Assembly (NCBI GenBank): GCA_938086785.1
Contig: CALKCM010000003.1
Coordinates: 155,104-219,103, forward strand
Reading direction: 5' to 3'
From: an uncultured Bacteroidia bacterium
Lineage (GTDB): Bacteria; Bacteroidota; Bacteroidia; NS11-12g; UBA955
DNA: 64,000 bases
Shown: in pieces, positions 27,885 to 36,809 of the stretch
Numbering within the stretch: the stretch's first letter is position 1
Layout of the letters: the number at the start of each line of letters is the position of its first letter
Program-made: the position numbers and the translations under genes
Notes under the pieces: model-generated
Database searches by the model: none
What the model was told of the DNA's origin: nothing
The model's input: only the letters and a program-made list of their open reading frames with translations

Positions 27885-29156
27885 ATGTTAACATTAACTG
27901 ATATAAGAGTAAATTCTGAAGAGCTAATCCAACGATTAGAAATTAGAGGTATTGATGCAAAAGGTTTCATACATCAGGCTTTAAATTTAGACTCCGAGGC
28001 TCGGAAGCTGCGTTCAGGAATGGAATCCTTAAAAGCAGAATCCAACGCAATAGCTAAAACAGTTGGGGGTTTTATGAAGAATAAGGATTTCGAAAAAGCC
28101 GAAGAAGCCAAAAAAAGTACTGCTGAGTTAAAACGCAAGGTCAAATCAGCAGAAGATGCGCTTGCTTCGATTGAAGAAAAACTTCAAGTATTGCTCTACG
28201 AAATTCCTAATGCACCTCAGTTAGATGTGCCTACTGGAGTGAATGAAACGGATAATGTAACGATTTTAGAATGGGGAGATAAACCCATGCTCCATAAAGA
28301 TGCCAAGCCACATTGGGAGTTGGCGGCAGATTATGATATTGTAGATTTTGAACTAGGAGTTAAAATTACTGGCGCGGGCTTTCCTGTTTATAAAGGTGCG
28401 GGCGCAAGATTGCAAAGAGCCTTAATTAATTTCTTTTTGGATGAAGCGATGGAGGCGGGGTATAAAGAAATTATTCCTCCCTTAATGGTTAATGAAGCCA
28501 GTGGTATAGGAACAGGTCAATTGCCCGATAAGGAAGGTCAAATGTATTATGTTCCAAAAGATGATCTATATCTTATACCAACTGCCGAGATTCCAATAAC
28601 AAATATTTATCGTGATGTGATTCTAAATGAATCTGATTTGCCAATAAAAAATACGGGATATACGCCATGCTTCAGAAGAGAAGCGGGGAGCTATGGCTCA
28701 CATGTTCGAGGGCTTAATCGCCTTCATCAATTCGACAAGGTAGAGATTGTACAGATTGTAAATCCAGAAGATAGCAAGTTAGTATTGGATGATATGAGTA
28801 ATTATGTGCAAGGCCTCTTAAAGAAACTTGGTTTAAAATATAGAGTGCTTCTCCTTTGTGGAGGAGATACTGGATTTGCTAGTGCAAAAACCTATGATAT
28901 GGAAGTTTGGAGTGCTGCTCAAGAGAGATGGTTGGAATGCTCATCGGTATCAAATTTTGAAACGTTTCAAACGAATCGATTAAAATGTAGGTACAAGACA
29001 TCAGATGGGAAAAAAGCATTAGCACATTCTTTAAATGGTTCAGCCTTAGCATTGCCCCGCATAATGGCTGCCTTATTAGAAAACAATCAAACGGCAGAGG
29101 GCATAAGTATACCTGAAGTTTTACAGCCTTACACTCGATTTGACAAAATATCATAA
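27885..29156 (+). CDS. serS: Seryl-tRNA synthetase
   Basis: N-terminal coiled-coil arm and class II motifs (FRREAGS, GSALA..R). Confidence 0.96.
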   Translation: MLTLTDIRVNSEELIQRLEIRGIDAKGFIHQALNLDSEARKLRSGMESLKAESNAIAKTVGGFMKNKDFEKAEEAKKSTAELKRKVKSAEDALASIEEKLQVLLYEIPNAPQLDVPTGVNETDNVTILEWGDKPMLHKDAKPHWELAADYDIVDFELGVKITGAGFPVYKGAGARLQRALINFFLDEAMEAGYKEIIPPLMVNEASGIGTGQLPDKEGQMYYVPKDDLYLIPTAEIPITNIYRDVILNESDLPIKNTGYTPCFRREAGSYGSHVRGLNRLHQFDKVEIVQIVNPEDSKLVLDDMSNYVQGLLKKLGLKYRVLLLCGGDTGFASAKTYDMEVWSAAQERWLECSSVSNFETFQTNRLKCRYKTSDGKKALAHSLNGSALALPRIMAALLENNQTAEGISIPEVLQPYTRFDKIS

Positions 29157-29157
29157 C

Positions 29158-29673
29158 ATGGAAAATCAAAACCCTTTTGATTGGAAATACAGTCCAAGTT
29201 TAAATGAGTTGCTGCAAGATGTGGTAGAGCTCCAGCAATTGCCTGCTAATTTGGCAAGTTTGTTAAAAGAATTACCCGTTGAAGGATTAAAATACACCTA
29301 TCGTGATGGCGGTTGGACGATAGGGCAAATAGTACATCATCTGGCAGATTCTTGCATGAATAATTTTATTCGAACCAAGCTTGCCTTAGTAGAAGATAAT
29401 CCCACAATAAAACCATGGGATCAGGATGATTGGGCCGCTGAATTGGATTATACTTTTAGTATAGAGTCTTCATATACCACATTAATAGGATTGATCCAGC
29501 GATGGTCATTGCTATTGCTTGAAATAATGAAAAGGCCAGAACTATTACTCAAAACATTTCATCATCCTGAAACAAAGGAAGACATCCCTCTAAATACATT
29601 TATTCATTTCAATGCCTGGCATGTAAAAAGGCATATTGCTCATATAAAACAAGCCATAGATAATCAGATATAA
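29158..29673 (+). CDS. YfiT/DinB-family metal-dependent hydrolase (putative bacillithiol transferase)
   Basis: WTIGQIVHHLADSCMNNFIRTKL and a C-terminal WHVKRHIAHI match YfiT-like DinB_2 proteins. The ATG follows 1 nt after the serS stop. Confidence 0.8.
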   Translation: MENQNPFDWKYSPSLNELLQDVVELQQLPANLASLLKELPVEGLKYTYRDGGWTIGQIVHHLADSCMNNFIRTKLALVEDNPTIKPWDQDDWAAELDYTFSIESSYTTLIGLIQRWSLLLLEIMKRPELLLKTFHHPETKEDIPLNTFIHFNAWHVKRHIAHIKQAIDNQI

Positions 29674-29674
29674 T

Positions 29675-30217
29675 ATGGAATTAACCATCAGTCAATACAC
29701 TACAATAATGGATACGTGCAAATCCATTTTCCAAAGAAAAAATAAGGATTATGGAGATTCATGGAGAGAATTTAGACCAAGTAGCTTAACCGATCAAATT
29801 TATATTAAGGCTCAACGAATTAGAAATATCGAATTGACCAGTAAAAATCAGGTCGGCGATTCCATTACTTCTGAGTTTAGAAGTATCATTAACTATGGTA
29901 TTATAGCACTTATTCAATTGGATATATTTCCTTCGGAACGATTAATAACAGAAGATGAATTGATGGGCTTATATGACATGAAGTTTAAGTTGACTCAAGA
30001 GTTGATGATTAAGAAAAACTCTGATTATGGTGAGATTTGGAGAGATATGAGAGCTACTAGCTTTACAGATATGATTTTGGTTAAATTGTTGAGAATAAAA
30101 CAAATAGAAGACAATGATGGAGCTACCGAAATCAGTGAAGGAGCAGATGCAAATTATCAAGATATTATTAACTACGCTATATTTGCCTTAATTAGACTGG
30201 AAAAATGGCCAGAATAA
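29675..30217 (+). CDS. Tandem DUF1599 domain protein
   Basis: Two internal copies of the same module: KNKDYGDSWREFRPSSLTDQIYIKAQRIRNIE...IINYGIIALIQL and KNSDYGEIWRDMRATSFTDMILVKLLRIKQIE...IINYAIFALIRL. Confidence 0.7.
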   Translation: MELTISQYTTIMDTCKSIFQRKNKDYGDSWREFRPSSLTDQIYIKAQRIRNIELTSKNQVGDSITSEFRSIINYGIIALIQLDIFPSERLITEDELMGLYDMKFKLTQELMIKKNSDYGEIWRDMRATSFTDMILVKLLRIKQIEDNDGATEISEGADANYQDIINYAIFALIRLEKWPE

Positions 30218-31920
30218 CAACACAATTTTTACGCATCGCTGTTGGAGCTTTGTTTATCTTTTCGGGGATTGTTAAATTGAATGATCCAAGCGGTTTTGCC
30301 ATAAAGCTAGATGAGTATTTTCACGTATTCTCAGAGGATGCGGCGGCAGATCAACCAGATATTGTTGTTCGTTTAACAGATGATATGGACGAGGTGCTTG
30401 AAACCACATTGCCACTTTATTCATTTGATAATACACGTGATCTATTCATCGAATCATCTATCTCCGAGAAAACGGTAGCAGATAAATTAGAATTTGAGCA
30501 AACGGTAATTGCTTCGATTGATGATAAACAAATTATAGAGTACAAAGCTATATTTAGGGATGCGAAGTCAGTACGAACTTTTGGTTTTGAAGTTTCCATA
30601 GATAACAATCCTATTTATCAGCAATCTTTTAATAGCCAAAAACTTATTCAAGAGCCACAACAAGCAAAATTAGAGTTGAAAAAATACATTCATGAAAATT
30701 CATTTCTGGTTGATTTTTTTTCACATCTTACAGAGTATAGTCTCTGGTTTAGCCTTATTTTTTGTGCATTAGAAGTAATTTTAGGCTTTGCTTTAGTCAT
30801 AGGTTGGAGAGTTGCTTTAGTCGCTTGGCTAATGTTCTTATTGGTTGTGTTTTTCACATTCCTAACGGCTTACAGTTATTATGCAGGTTATTGCCCCAAT
30901 CGTTTTGCCTTCGCAGGGTTTAGTGTATTGCTTCTATTTAGTATTCTTGTTTTTATCAAAAAGTCTAGTGCTTTATTCTACAAATTATTGCTTTTACTCT
31001 TCATTCTAATTGGAACTTTTGTTGCCTTGTGCGCATTTACTGATTTGTGTTTCGCTTGTGAGTTTAATAAACTTAAAATGAAAGTGACTGATTGTGGATG
31101 TTTTGGAGATTTTCTCAAGCTCAAGCCTTGGGAGTCTTTTTACAAGGATATAGCTCTTACCTTATTCATTGCTGTTATTTTGATCAACTCAGAAGTCATA
31201 AAACCTTGGTTCTCAAAAAAGTTTGGAAATCGACTTATGGCTATTTTCTCCATATTCACAGTAGGATTTGGAGTGTTTTGCTATTTTTACTTGCCACTTT
31301 GGGATTTTTTACCTTACAAAAAAGGAAATGATGTAAAACAAGTAATAGAGTATCTCCCAGCAGGAGAAAGAGCCCAAGATAGTATGCTTATTACCTTTTC
31401 CTTACGAAAAGGAGATGACTCCGTTCGAGTGTCTTCTTCCAATATGGTTTCTTACATGAATCAAGGGTATAAATTTGTGCCTAATAGCAGAAAGGATAAG
31501 ATTATTGTTGAAGGTTATAAATCTCCAATTCATGACTTTACATTTACACGCAACTCTGATGATAGGGATATTACAAATGATATTTTAAATGGCACCGACT
31601 ATATGCTCATTTGGATTTGTTCAGACATTACAGAGACCTCGCAAAAGGACTTTAAGAACATAGTCCCAATACAAAAATGGGCTACCGCTGAGGCTGTAAA
31701 ATTTATGACCAGTACCTACACAGGACCAGATTTAGCCTCAAAATTGTTAAAAGAGAAGGGATTGGATGATGAAGTATATCGATGCGATCAGAAAACATTG
31801 TTAACTATGGCACGATATAATTCAACTCTGTATTTGTTTAAAGGCCCTGTAATAATCAATAAATGGAGTGCTCGATCCCTACCAAGCACGAAGAAATTGA
31901 CGAAGTTGTGTAAAGAGTAA
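30205..31920 (+). CDS. BT_3928-like membrane protein with MauE/DoxX-type N-terminal region and a thioredoxin-fold-like C-terminal domain
   Basis: FLRIAVGALFIFSGIVKLNDP (DoxX/MauE-like TM1), a soluble insert of about 130 aa, further TM helices carrying a DCGCFGDF motif, then a soluble C-terminus of about 200 aa. Overlaps the DUF1599 gene by 13 nt. Confidence 0.6.
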   Translation: MARITTQFLRIAVGALFIFSGIVKLNDPSGFAIKLDEYFHVFSEDAAADQPDIVVRLTDDMDEVLETTLPLYSFDNTRDLFIESSISEKTVADKLEFEQTVIASIDDKQIIEYKAIFRDAKSVRTFGFEVSIDNNPIYQQSFNSQKLIQEPQQAKLELKKYIHENSFLVDFFSHLTEYSLWFSLIFCALEVILGFALVIGWRVALVAWLMFLLVVFFTFLTAYSYYAGYCPNRFAFAGFSVLLLFSILVFIKKSSALFYKLLLLLFILIGTFVALCAFTDLCFACEFNKLKMKVTDCGCFGDFLKLKPWESFYKDIALTLFIAVILINSEVIKPWFSKKFGNRLMAIFSIFTVGFGVFCYFYLPLWDFLPYKKGNDVKQVIEYLPAGERAQDSMLITFSLRKGDDSVRVSSSNMVSYMNQGYKFVPNSRKDKIIVEGYKSPIHDFTFTRNSDDRDITNDILNGTDYMLIWICSDITETSQKDFKNIVPIQKWATAEAVKFMTSTYTGPDLASKLLKEKGLDDEVYRCDQKTLLTMARYNSTLYLFKGPVIINKWSARSLPSTKKLTKLCKE

Positions 31921-32975
31921 TGCTGCGTTTTTTTAAACAACGAATTGGAAAGGCATTAGCCATACTCTTAGGGTTGGTTTTTCTCATATATTTCATGTTT
32001 ATGGCTCTTCCTAATCCAGATGATGTTCTGATGGGTCAGAGAGGGAATGCAGATGTAAGAGCAGCCATTGTTAAGGATTTGGGCATGGACCAATCTAAAC
32101 CAATGCAATTGGCTTTGCTCGTCAATGACTTGTCACCCATCTCATTTTATGATAAAGAAAGCAGCAAGCTATCTGAAATTAGTGGATTTGCCTTATTGAA
32201 CGTAAAGGGAACAAGAGTAGTGATAAAATGGCCCTATCTGAGAAAGTCATTTTTAACTAGAAATTATGTTTCGCATATCTTATGGGAAGGGTTTAAAGGG
32301 ACCTCCGTGTTGGCTCTTGCAGCACTTTTTATTTCCATGATCATAGGAATTCCATTAGGTATTTTAGCCTCTGTAAAGAGAGGGACCTGGATTGATTCAT
32401 TTATTGTTGGAATAAGCACCATCGGAATTTCTGTGCCTTCTTTCTTTTCAGCCATGATATTTTCTTGGCTATTTGGCTATGTTCTAAAGGTGTACACTGG
32501 ATTGAACATGGTAGGTCATTTATTTGAGGTTGACCCCCTGGGAAATGGACATGTTTTAATGTTAAAAAACCTGATTTTACCAGCTCTAGCCTTAGGTATA
32601 AGGCCATTGGCTGTTTTTGTGCAATTAACCAGAAATACGATGGTAGAGATTCTAGATTTGGATTATGTGCGTACAGCACAAGCCAAAGGACTTTCATTCA
32701 AAAAAGTGATTCTTAAGCATGCATTTCCTAATGCCATTAATCCATTAGTTACAAGCGTGGGCGGATGGTTAAGTAGCCTACTAGCAGGGGCCTTTTTTAC
32801 GGAGTATATTTTTAATTGGAAAGGCCTAGGAAAGATAGGAATAGAAGCACTTCAGCAAAGCGATTTACCCGTGATCATGGGAACTGTTTTATTCACAGCT
32901 GGGGTATTTTTTATTATTAATTTATTGACGGAGTATTTATACATTCGCCTAGATCCAAAAATTAAGTATGAATAA
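31920..32975 (+). CDS. ABC transporter permease (DppB/OppB-type), orphan
   Basis: 6 TM helices with an EAA-like loop (DYVRTAQAKGLSFKKVILKHAFPNA). The start overlaps the upstream stop as TAATG. No ATPase, substrate-binding protein or partner permease is adjacent. Confidence 0.85.
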   Translation: MLRFFKQRIGKALAILLGLVFLIYFMFMALPNPDDVLMGQRGNADVRAAIVKDLGMDQSKPMQLALLVNDLSPISFYDKESSKLSEISGFALLNVKGTRVVIKWPYLRKSFLTRNYVSHILWEGFKGTSVLALAALFISMIIGIPLGILASVKRGTWIDSFIVGISTIGISVPSFFSAMIFSWLFGYVLKVYTGLNMVGHLFEVDPLGNGHVLMLKNLILPALALGIRPLAVFVQLTRNTMVEILDLDYVRTAQAKGLSFKKVILKHAFPNAINPLVTSVGGWLSSLLAGAFFTEYIFNWKGLGKIGIEALQQSDLPVIMGTVLFTAGVFFIINLLTEYLYIRLDPKIKYE

Positions 32976-33492
32976 GGTTTATGTGGTAGGACTTCCGGCT
33001 AGTGGTAAAACATGGACAGGTCGCTGGTTGGCAAATAAGTTAGGTTGGGAGTTTGTTGATCTAGATTCTTTAATTGAAATCAGAGCCAAGGATACGATAA
33101 GTACTATCTTTAATTCAAAAGGAGAGGATTATTTCAGGGCTCTTGAATCAGAAGTGCTCAGAGAAACATCCCAAAAAGAAAACTGCGTAATTAGTACAGG
33201 AGGAGGTACGGCATCGCATACCGATAATATAGATTGGATGAATGCCGAAGGTCTAACGCTCTATTTAAATACAAACAAAGAGACGATAACTGAACGAATT
33301 ATACTAGAAAATGATAAAAGGCCCATGTTTCAGGACTTAAAAGGAGCTGAAATAGCAGATTATCTTGAGGAATTACACAACTTTCGAAAAATATTTTACA
33401 GTAAATCTAAACTTGTGTACAATAAAACAGAGATTAATGAAAGTCTTTATTTCGCTGTAAATCAATTGGTTAGTATTTATTCTGAGGTTTAG
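32968..33492 (+). CDS. aroK: Shikimate kinase
   Basis: VGLPASGKT P-loop followed by the STGGG pattern. Overlaps the permease gene by 8 nt. Confidence 0.88.
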   Translation: MNKVYVVGLPASGKTWTGRWLANKLGWEFVDLDSLIEIRAKDTISTIFNSKGEDYFRALESEVLRETSQKENCVISTGGGTASHTDNIDWMNAEGLTLYLNTNKETITERIILENDKRPMFQDLKGAEIADYLEELHNFRKIFYSKSKLVYNKTEINESLYFAVNQLVSIYSEV

Positions 33493-33551
33493 CGTTCCTG
33501 CTGTGTGGATACAGCGTTAATAATTATAATAATCGTAAAAGTCTACAGGGC

Positions 33552-33581
33552 TTGACATTGCTGAGGTTTTGAGTACATTTG
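33552..33581 (+). promoter_or_regulatory. Bacteroidota-type promoter of hup (-33 TTGACA, -7 TACATTTG)
   Basis: TTG at 33552 and an exact TAnnTTTG at 33574..33581, 28 nt upstream of the ATG. Confidence 0.55.
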
Positions 33582-33609
33582 CTTTCATACAAAAACAAAA
33601 AAGAACATT

Positions 33610-33882
33610 ATGAACAAATCAGATTTAATTGGACAGATAGCAGCTGACGCTGGTATCACTAAGGCACAAGCTCAATCAGCTTTAAACAGTTTCACTTCAG
33701 CTACTACTGGCGCTTTGAAAAAAGGTGACAAAGTAATTCTTGTTGGATTTGGAACATTCTCTATCAGCAACAGAGCTGCAAGAACTGGAAGAAACCCACA
33801 AACAGGTAAAGAAATCCAAATTGCTGCAAAAAATGTAGTAAAATTCAAAGCAGGTGCTGACTTATCAAAAACAGTAAATTAA
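33610..33882 (+). CDS. hup: HU family DNA-binding protein
   Basis: MNKSDLI...GFGTF....[15 protein letters not shown]......FK.G, the canonical HU/IHF pattern. 90 aa. Confidence 0.96.
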   Translation: MNKSDLIGQIAADAGITKAQAQSALNSFTSATTGALKKGDKVILVGFGTFSISNRAARTGRNPQTGKEIQIAAKNVVKFKAGADLSKTVN

Positions 33883-33902
33883 GTAATTTATTACTTTAAA
33901 GT

Positions 33903-33935
33903 AAACCTCTTATCTTTTAGATAAGAGGTTTTTTT
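33903..33935 (+). terminator. Rho-independent terminator of hup
   Basis: CCTCTTATC / GATAAGAGG 9-bp stem with a short T-rich loop, followed by TTTTTTT. Confidence 0.85.
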
Positions 33936-34088
33936 GTGAGAAATCTGTCTTTTCTATGATAAAATCTTCTTTTAATTTTAAGACTTGCCTGCAACCACAT
34001 TCCTAATACAAGGCATTTCAAAAATCATTTTTTACGATTCCATGTGATTTTCACGTCAAAGCGTGAACCAAATCTAAAATGCATAGAA

Positions 34089-34096
34089 TATCTTTG
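34089..34096 (+). promoter_or_regulatory. -7 promoter box (TATCTTTG)
   Basis: Exact TAnnTTTG match 14 nt upstream of ATG 34111. Confidence 0.45.
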
Positions 34097-34110
34097 TATT
34101 AAACAAAGAA

Positions 34111-36690
34111 ATGAAGAAAACGCTACAAATTTTATTTACCTGCGCTATCCTGGGCGTTATTTATATTGCTCAAGGGAACTCAGGTGGCCCAAGTTGGGGA
34201 TATACTAGCGCTCCTGGGAGCTCTAATTGTAGAGGTTGTCACAGCACTTATGGCTTGCAAAATTCGGGTCCTTTACATTCTAAAATAGATTTACGAATGA
34301 ATACTTTCAAAGGGGGCGGATATTTGCCCGATTCGTCTTACGAGTTCTTGCTAGTTTTTAAGGATACGCTGAACTCTGCAGCTGGTTTCCAAATGACTGT
34401 TTTAGATGAGAATGATGAACCAGCTGGTACGTTTGCGACACTAGATGCTAGAACTCAAGTTGGTTCTAAGTTTGTGAGTGGAAAAACAAGAAGTTTAATC
34501 GGACATACAAGTTCGGGTAATAGCCATCAGGCTTCAGACTCCATTTCATGGCGGATAAAATGGACTGCACCTACTAAAAACCTTGGAAAAATTACGTTTT
34601 ATCTGAATGTTGTTTCCGCCAATATGGCCATGGGCAATAGGGGAGATTATGTTTTTGATAAGACGTTTACGGCAGAACCCTCTAACCTCTTACCAAAAGC
34701 AACAATATCTCTCAAAACATTAAAAGCGTGCAGAAGATCTGCTTTGAGTTTTGAGGCTGCCACCACCGGAACTCCTACCTCATATGACTGGTCTTTTCCT
34801 GGGGCATCTCCAAGCAGTAGTACACAAAGTAAACCTTCAGTAGAATACTTAAATTCGGGTAAGAAAACAGTATATCTAAGCACAACAAATATCTATGGAA
34901 AAGGAGGAGTTGATACCTTTGATTTCACTGTTTTAAATGGTCCATTTAGGGCCTTTATTGAGCAATCTAAATCTGGAACTGCTCGTAAATGTAATATAGA
35001 AGATCTTGTTTTAACCGTATCTAAGCGTTCTTCCGAAAACTATATTTGGTTTCCGGATTCAGTTTTGCAGGATTCATTTGTGGTGACCAAGCCAGGCCTG
35101 TATAGTGTAAAATCTGTCCTTAAAACAACAGGCTGCACAGTAGATGGAAACCGCGTAAATGTGGTAAACCATGATTCCACCTATTTTAGTGTGAATAAAA
35201 TTAGTTCAGATACATTGTGTGCTGGATTAGACTCCATAAGGTTTACTATAAATTCAGGTTCAATAATTACAAATAGTTTTGTTCTTGATGGAGTAGATAC
35301 AGTCAGTTTAAACACAAATTCCATCACCTTGTCTCCGGTGCTTATTTCAGGAGCTAAAACCTTCAAAGTATATGCAAGGGATAGTGTAAACTGTGCAATG
35401 AGTGAACAAGACGTTGCCTTCTACTTTAAAGATCAAGAGCCAGCACCTCGTTTATTGGGTTCTACCAAGCGAAATTTACAGGGGATACAGCTCAATTGGC
35501 GCAGCATGCCCCGTGTATTGGTCTATGAGGTGAGTATTAATGGCAAAAGCTATTTCCCCTCTAGTTCAGGAGGAAAAGATACTTTTTATACCCTTACAGG
35601 ATTAAATCCTAACACCACGTTTACGTATGATGTAAGAGGAGTGACCTTTTCTCAATGCCTCAGTTCTAAGGCTGCGTCAGGTGTCGATTCATCCTTGGCA
35701 TGTAGCCCATTAAACTTTACTATTGCGGGTGATAAGATGTATTGTGAAGGAGATACTGCAGAGATTGAAATTAGCGGGGTTTCAGTACCTAATCACAAGC
35801 TTTATATAAACAACTCTTTAGCATCAAATTCAATGAATTATTCATTTGCTAAATTAGAGTCTCAAAGTGCTACTGTTTTTATTTCCGATTCAACAGGTCT
35901 CTGTTCTTCAGACACACAAAGAATTAATATCATTTATGATGTTATAGATAAGCACCTTATCGATACCACGTACCGACCCATATGTAGTGAAGCTAGTTCA
36001 TCTCGAAATATTCAGTTTTCATTGAATCCGAAAACATCGAAAAAATATAATTGGTATGTAAATGGAACTTTGCGTACAAGCGGTAGTTCAGGTTCACAAT
36101 TAATTGCCATTAAAAATAATGACCAAGTATTTGTTCGAGCAGAAAATGGAGCCTGTCAATCGAATACAGACACGGCCACTATATCTTACTTAAAAGCACT
36201 TAATTGTAAAATAGCTGTGAGACGAGGCGAAGATGGAATTTATTCCATCACATCCGAGGAAAAAGGAGGGGTGCATAGCTGGTTTATTAATGGGATAGAG
36301 CAGTCAAATACATCAGATAGTTTTGATTATGACTTTTCTAGTTTAGCTGGAACAACAGCGGATATAACGCATGTCTTAGATTTGGGTTCAAATTGCAGTT
36401 GTATCGATTCAACTTCAATAGATTTGACCGTGTTGTCCGTAAATAAGCCAAATTCAACTCCATTTAAAGTTTTTCCAAACCCCGCTAATGATTTTATTAT
36501 AGTTTCCTCTAACTCACCTGATACTCATATTCCTTACCAAATTTTATCGAGCACTGGTCGCTTGGTTAAAGAGGGAAATATTAATGGGAGGGCTAGTCGG
36601 ATTAAAGTCAACGGCTTAGCTAAAGGACTTTATCAATTAGTGCTTGGTGAAAATCTACAGGATGTATTTAAAATAGCTGTAATGCATTAG
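34111..36690 (+). CDS. Large secreted T9SS cargo protein (type A C-terminal sorting domain) with N-terminal CXXCH-containing domain and PKD/Ig-like repeats
   Basis: Signal peptide. GGPSWGYTSAPGSSNCRGCHS near the N-terminus. PKD-like YDWSFPGASPSSS...YLSTTNIYG. C-terminal FKVFPNPANDFIIVS...KGLYQLVL is a typical Por/T9SS tail. Confidence 0.8.
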   Translation: MKKTLQILFTCAILGVIYIAQGNSGGPSWGYTSAPGSSNCRGCHSTYGLQNSGPLHSKIDLRMNTFKGGGYLPDSSYEFLLVFKDTLNSAAGFQMTVLDENDEPAGTFATLDARTQVGSKFVSGKTRSLIGHTSSGNSHQASDSISWRIKWTAPTKNLGKITFYLNVVSANMAMGNRGDYVFDKTFTAEPSNLLPKATISLKTLKACRRSALSFEAATTGTPTSYDWSFPGASPSSSTQSKPSVEYLNSGKKTVYLSTTNIYGKGGVDTFDFTVLNGPFRAFIEQSKSGTARKCNIEDLVLTVSKRSSENYIWFPDSVLQDSFVVTKPGLYSVKSVLKTTGCTVDGNRVNVVNHDSTYFSVNKISSDTLCAGLDSIRFTINSGSIITNSFVLDGVDTVSLNTNSITLSPVLISGAKTFKVYARDSVNCAMSEQDVAFYFKDQEPAPRLLGSTKRNLQGIQLNWRSMPRVLVYEVSINGKSYFPSSSGGKDTFYTLTGLNPNTTFTYDVRGVTFSQCLSSKAASGVDSSLACSPLNFTIAGDKMYCEGDTAEIEISGVSVPNHKLYINNSLASNSMNYSFAKLESQSATVFISDSTGLCSSDTQRINIIYDVIDKHLIDTTYRPICSEASSSRNIQFSLNPKTSKKYNWYVNGTLRTSGSSGSQLIAIKNNDQVFVRAENGACQSNTDTATISYLKALNCKIAVRRGEDGIYSITSEEKGGVHSWFINGIEQSNTSDSFDYDFSSLAGTTADITHVLDLGSNCSCIDSTSIDLTVLSVNKPNSTPFKVFPNPANDFIIVSSNSPDTHIPYQILSSTGRLVKEGNINGRASRIKVNGLAKGLYQLVLGENLQDVFKIAVMH

Positions 36691-36782
36691 GCAAGTGATG
36701 CACTGGTAACAATTTCGAATGAGGGCAGGCCTTTTTAAGTAATTCTACGTGATGCTATTAATCATCCCATAAATTTTTATCG

Positions 36783-36790
36783 TAAATTTG
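36783..36790 (+). promoter_or_regulatory. -7 promoter box (TAAATTTG)
   Basis: Exact TAnnTTTG match 19 nt upstream of ATG 36810. Confidence 0.4.
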
Positions 36791-36809
36791 CCCTTGTAAT
36801 TTTAAAATT

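Noticed and set aside
31092-31331. 79-aa alternative-frame plus-strand ORF inside the BT_3928-like gene.
   Set aside because: It is fully nested in a longer ORF with coherent TM topology, has no independent start signal, and gives an odd Trp/His-rich translation.
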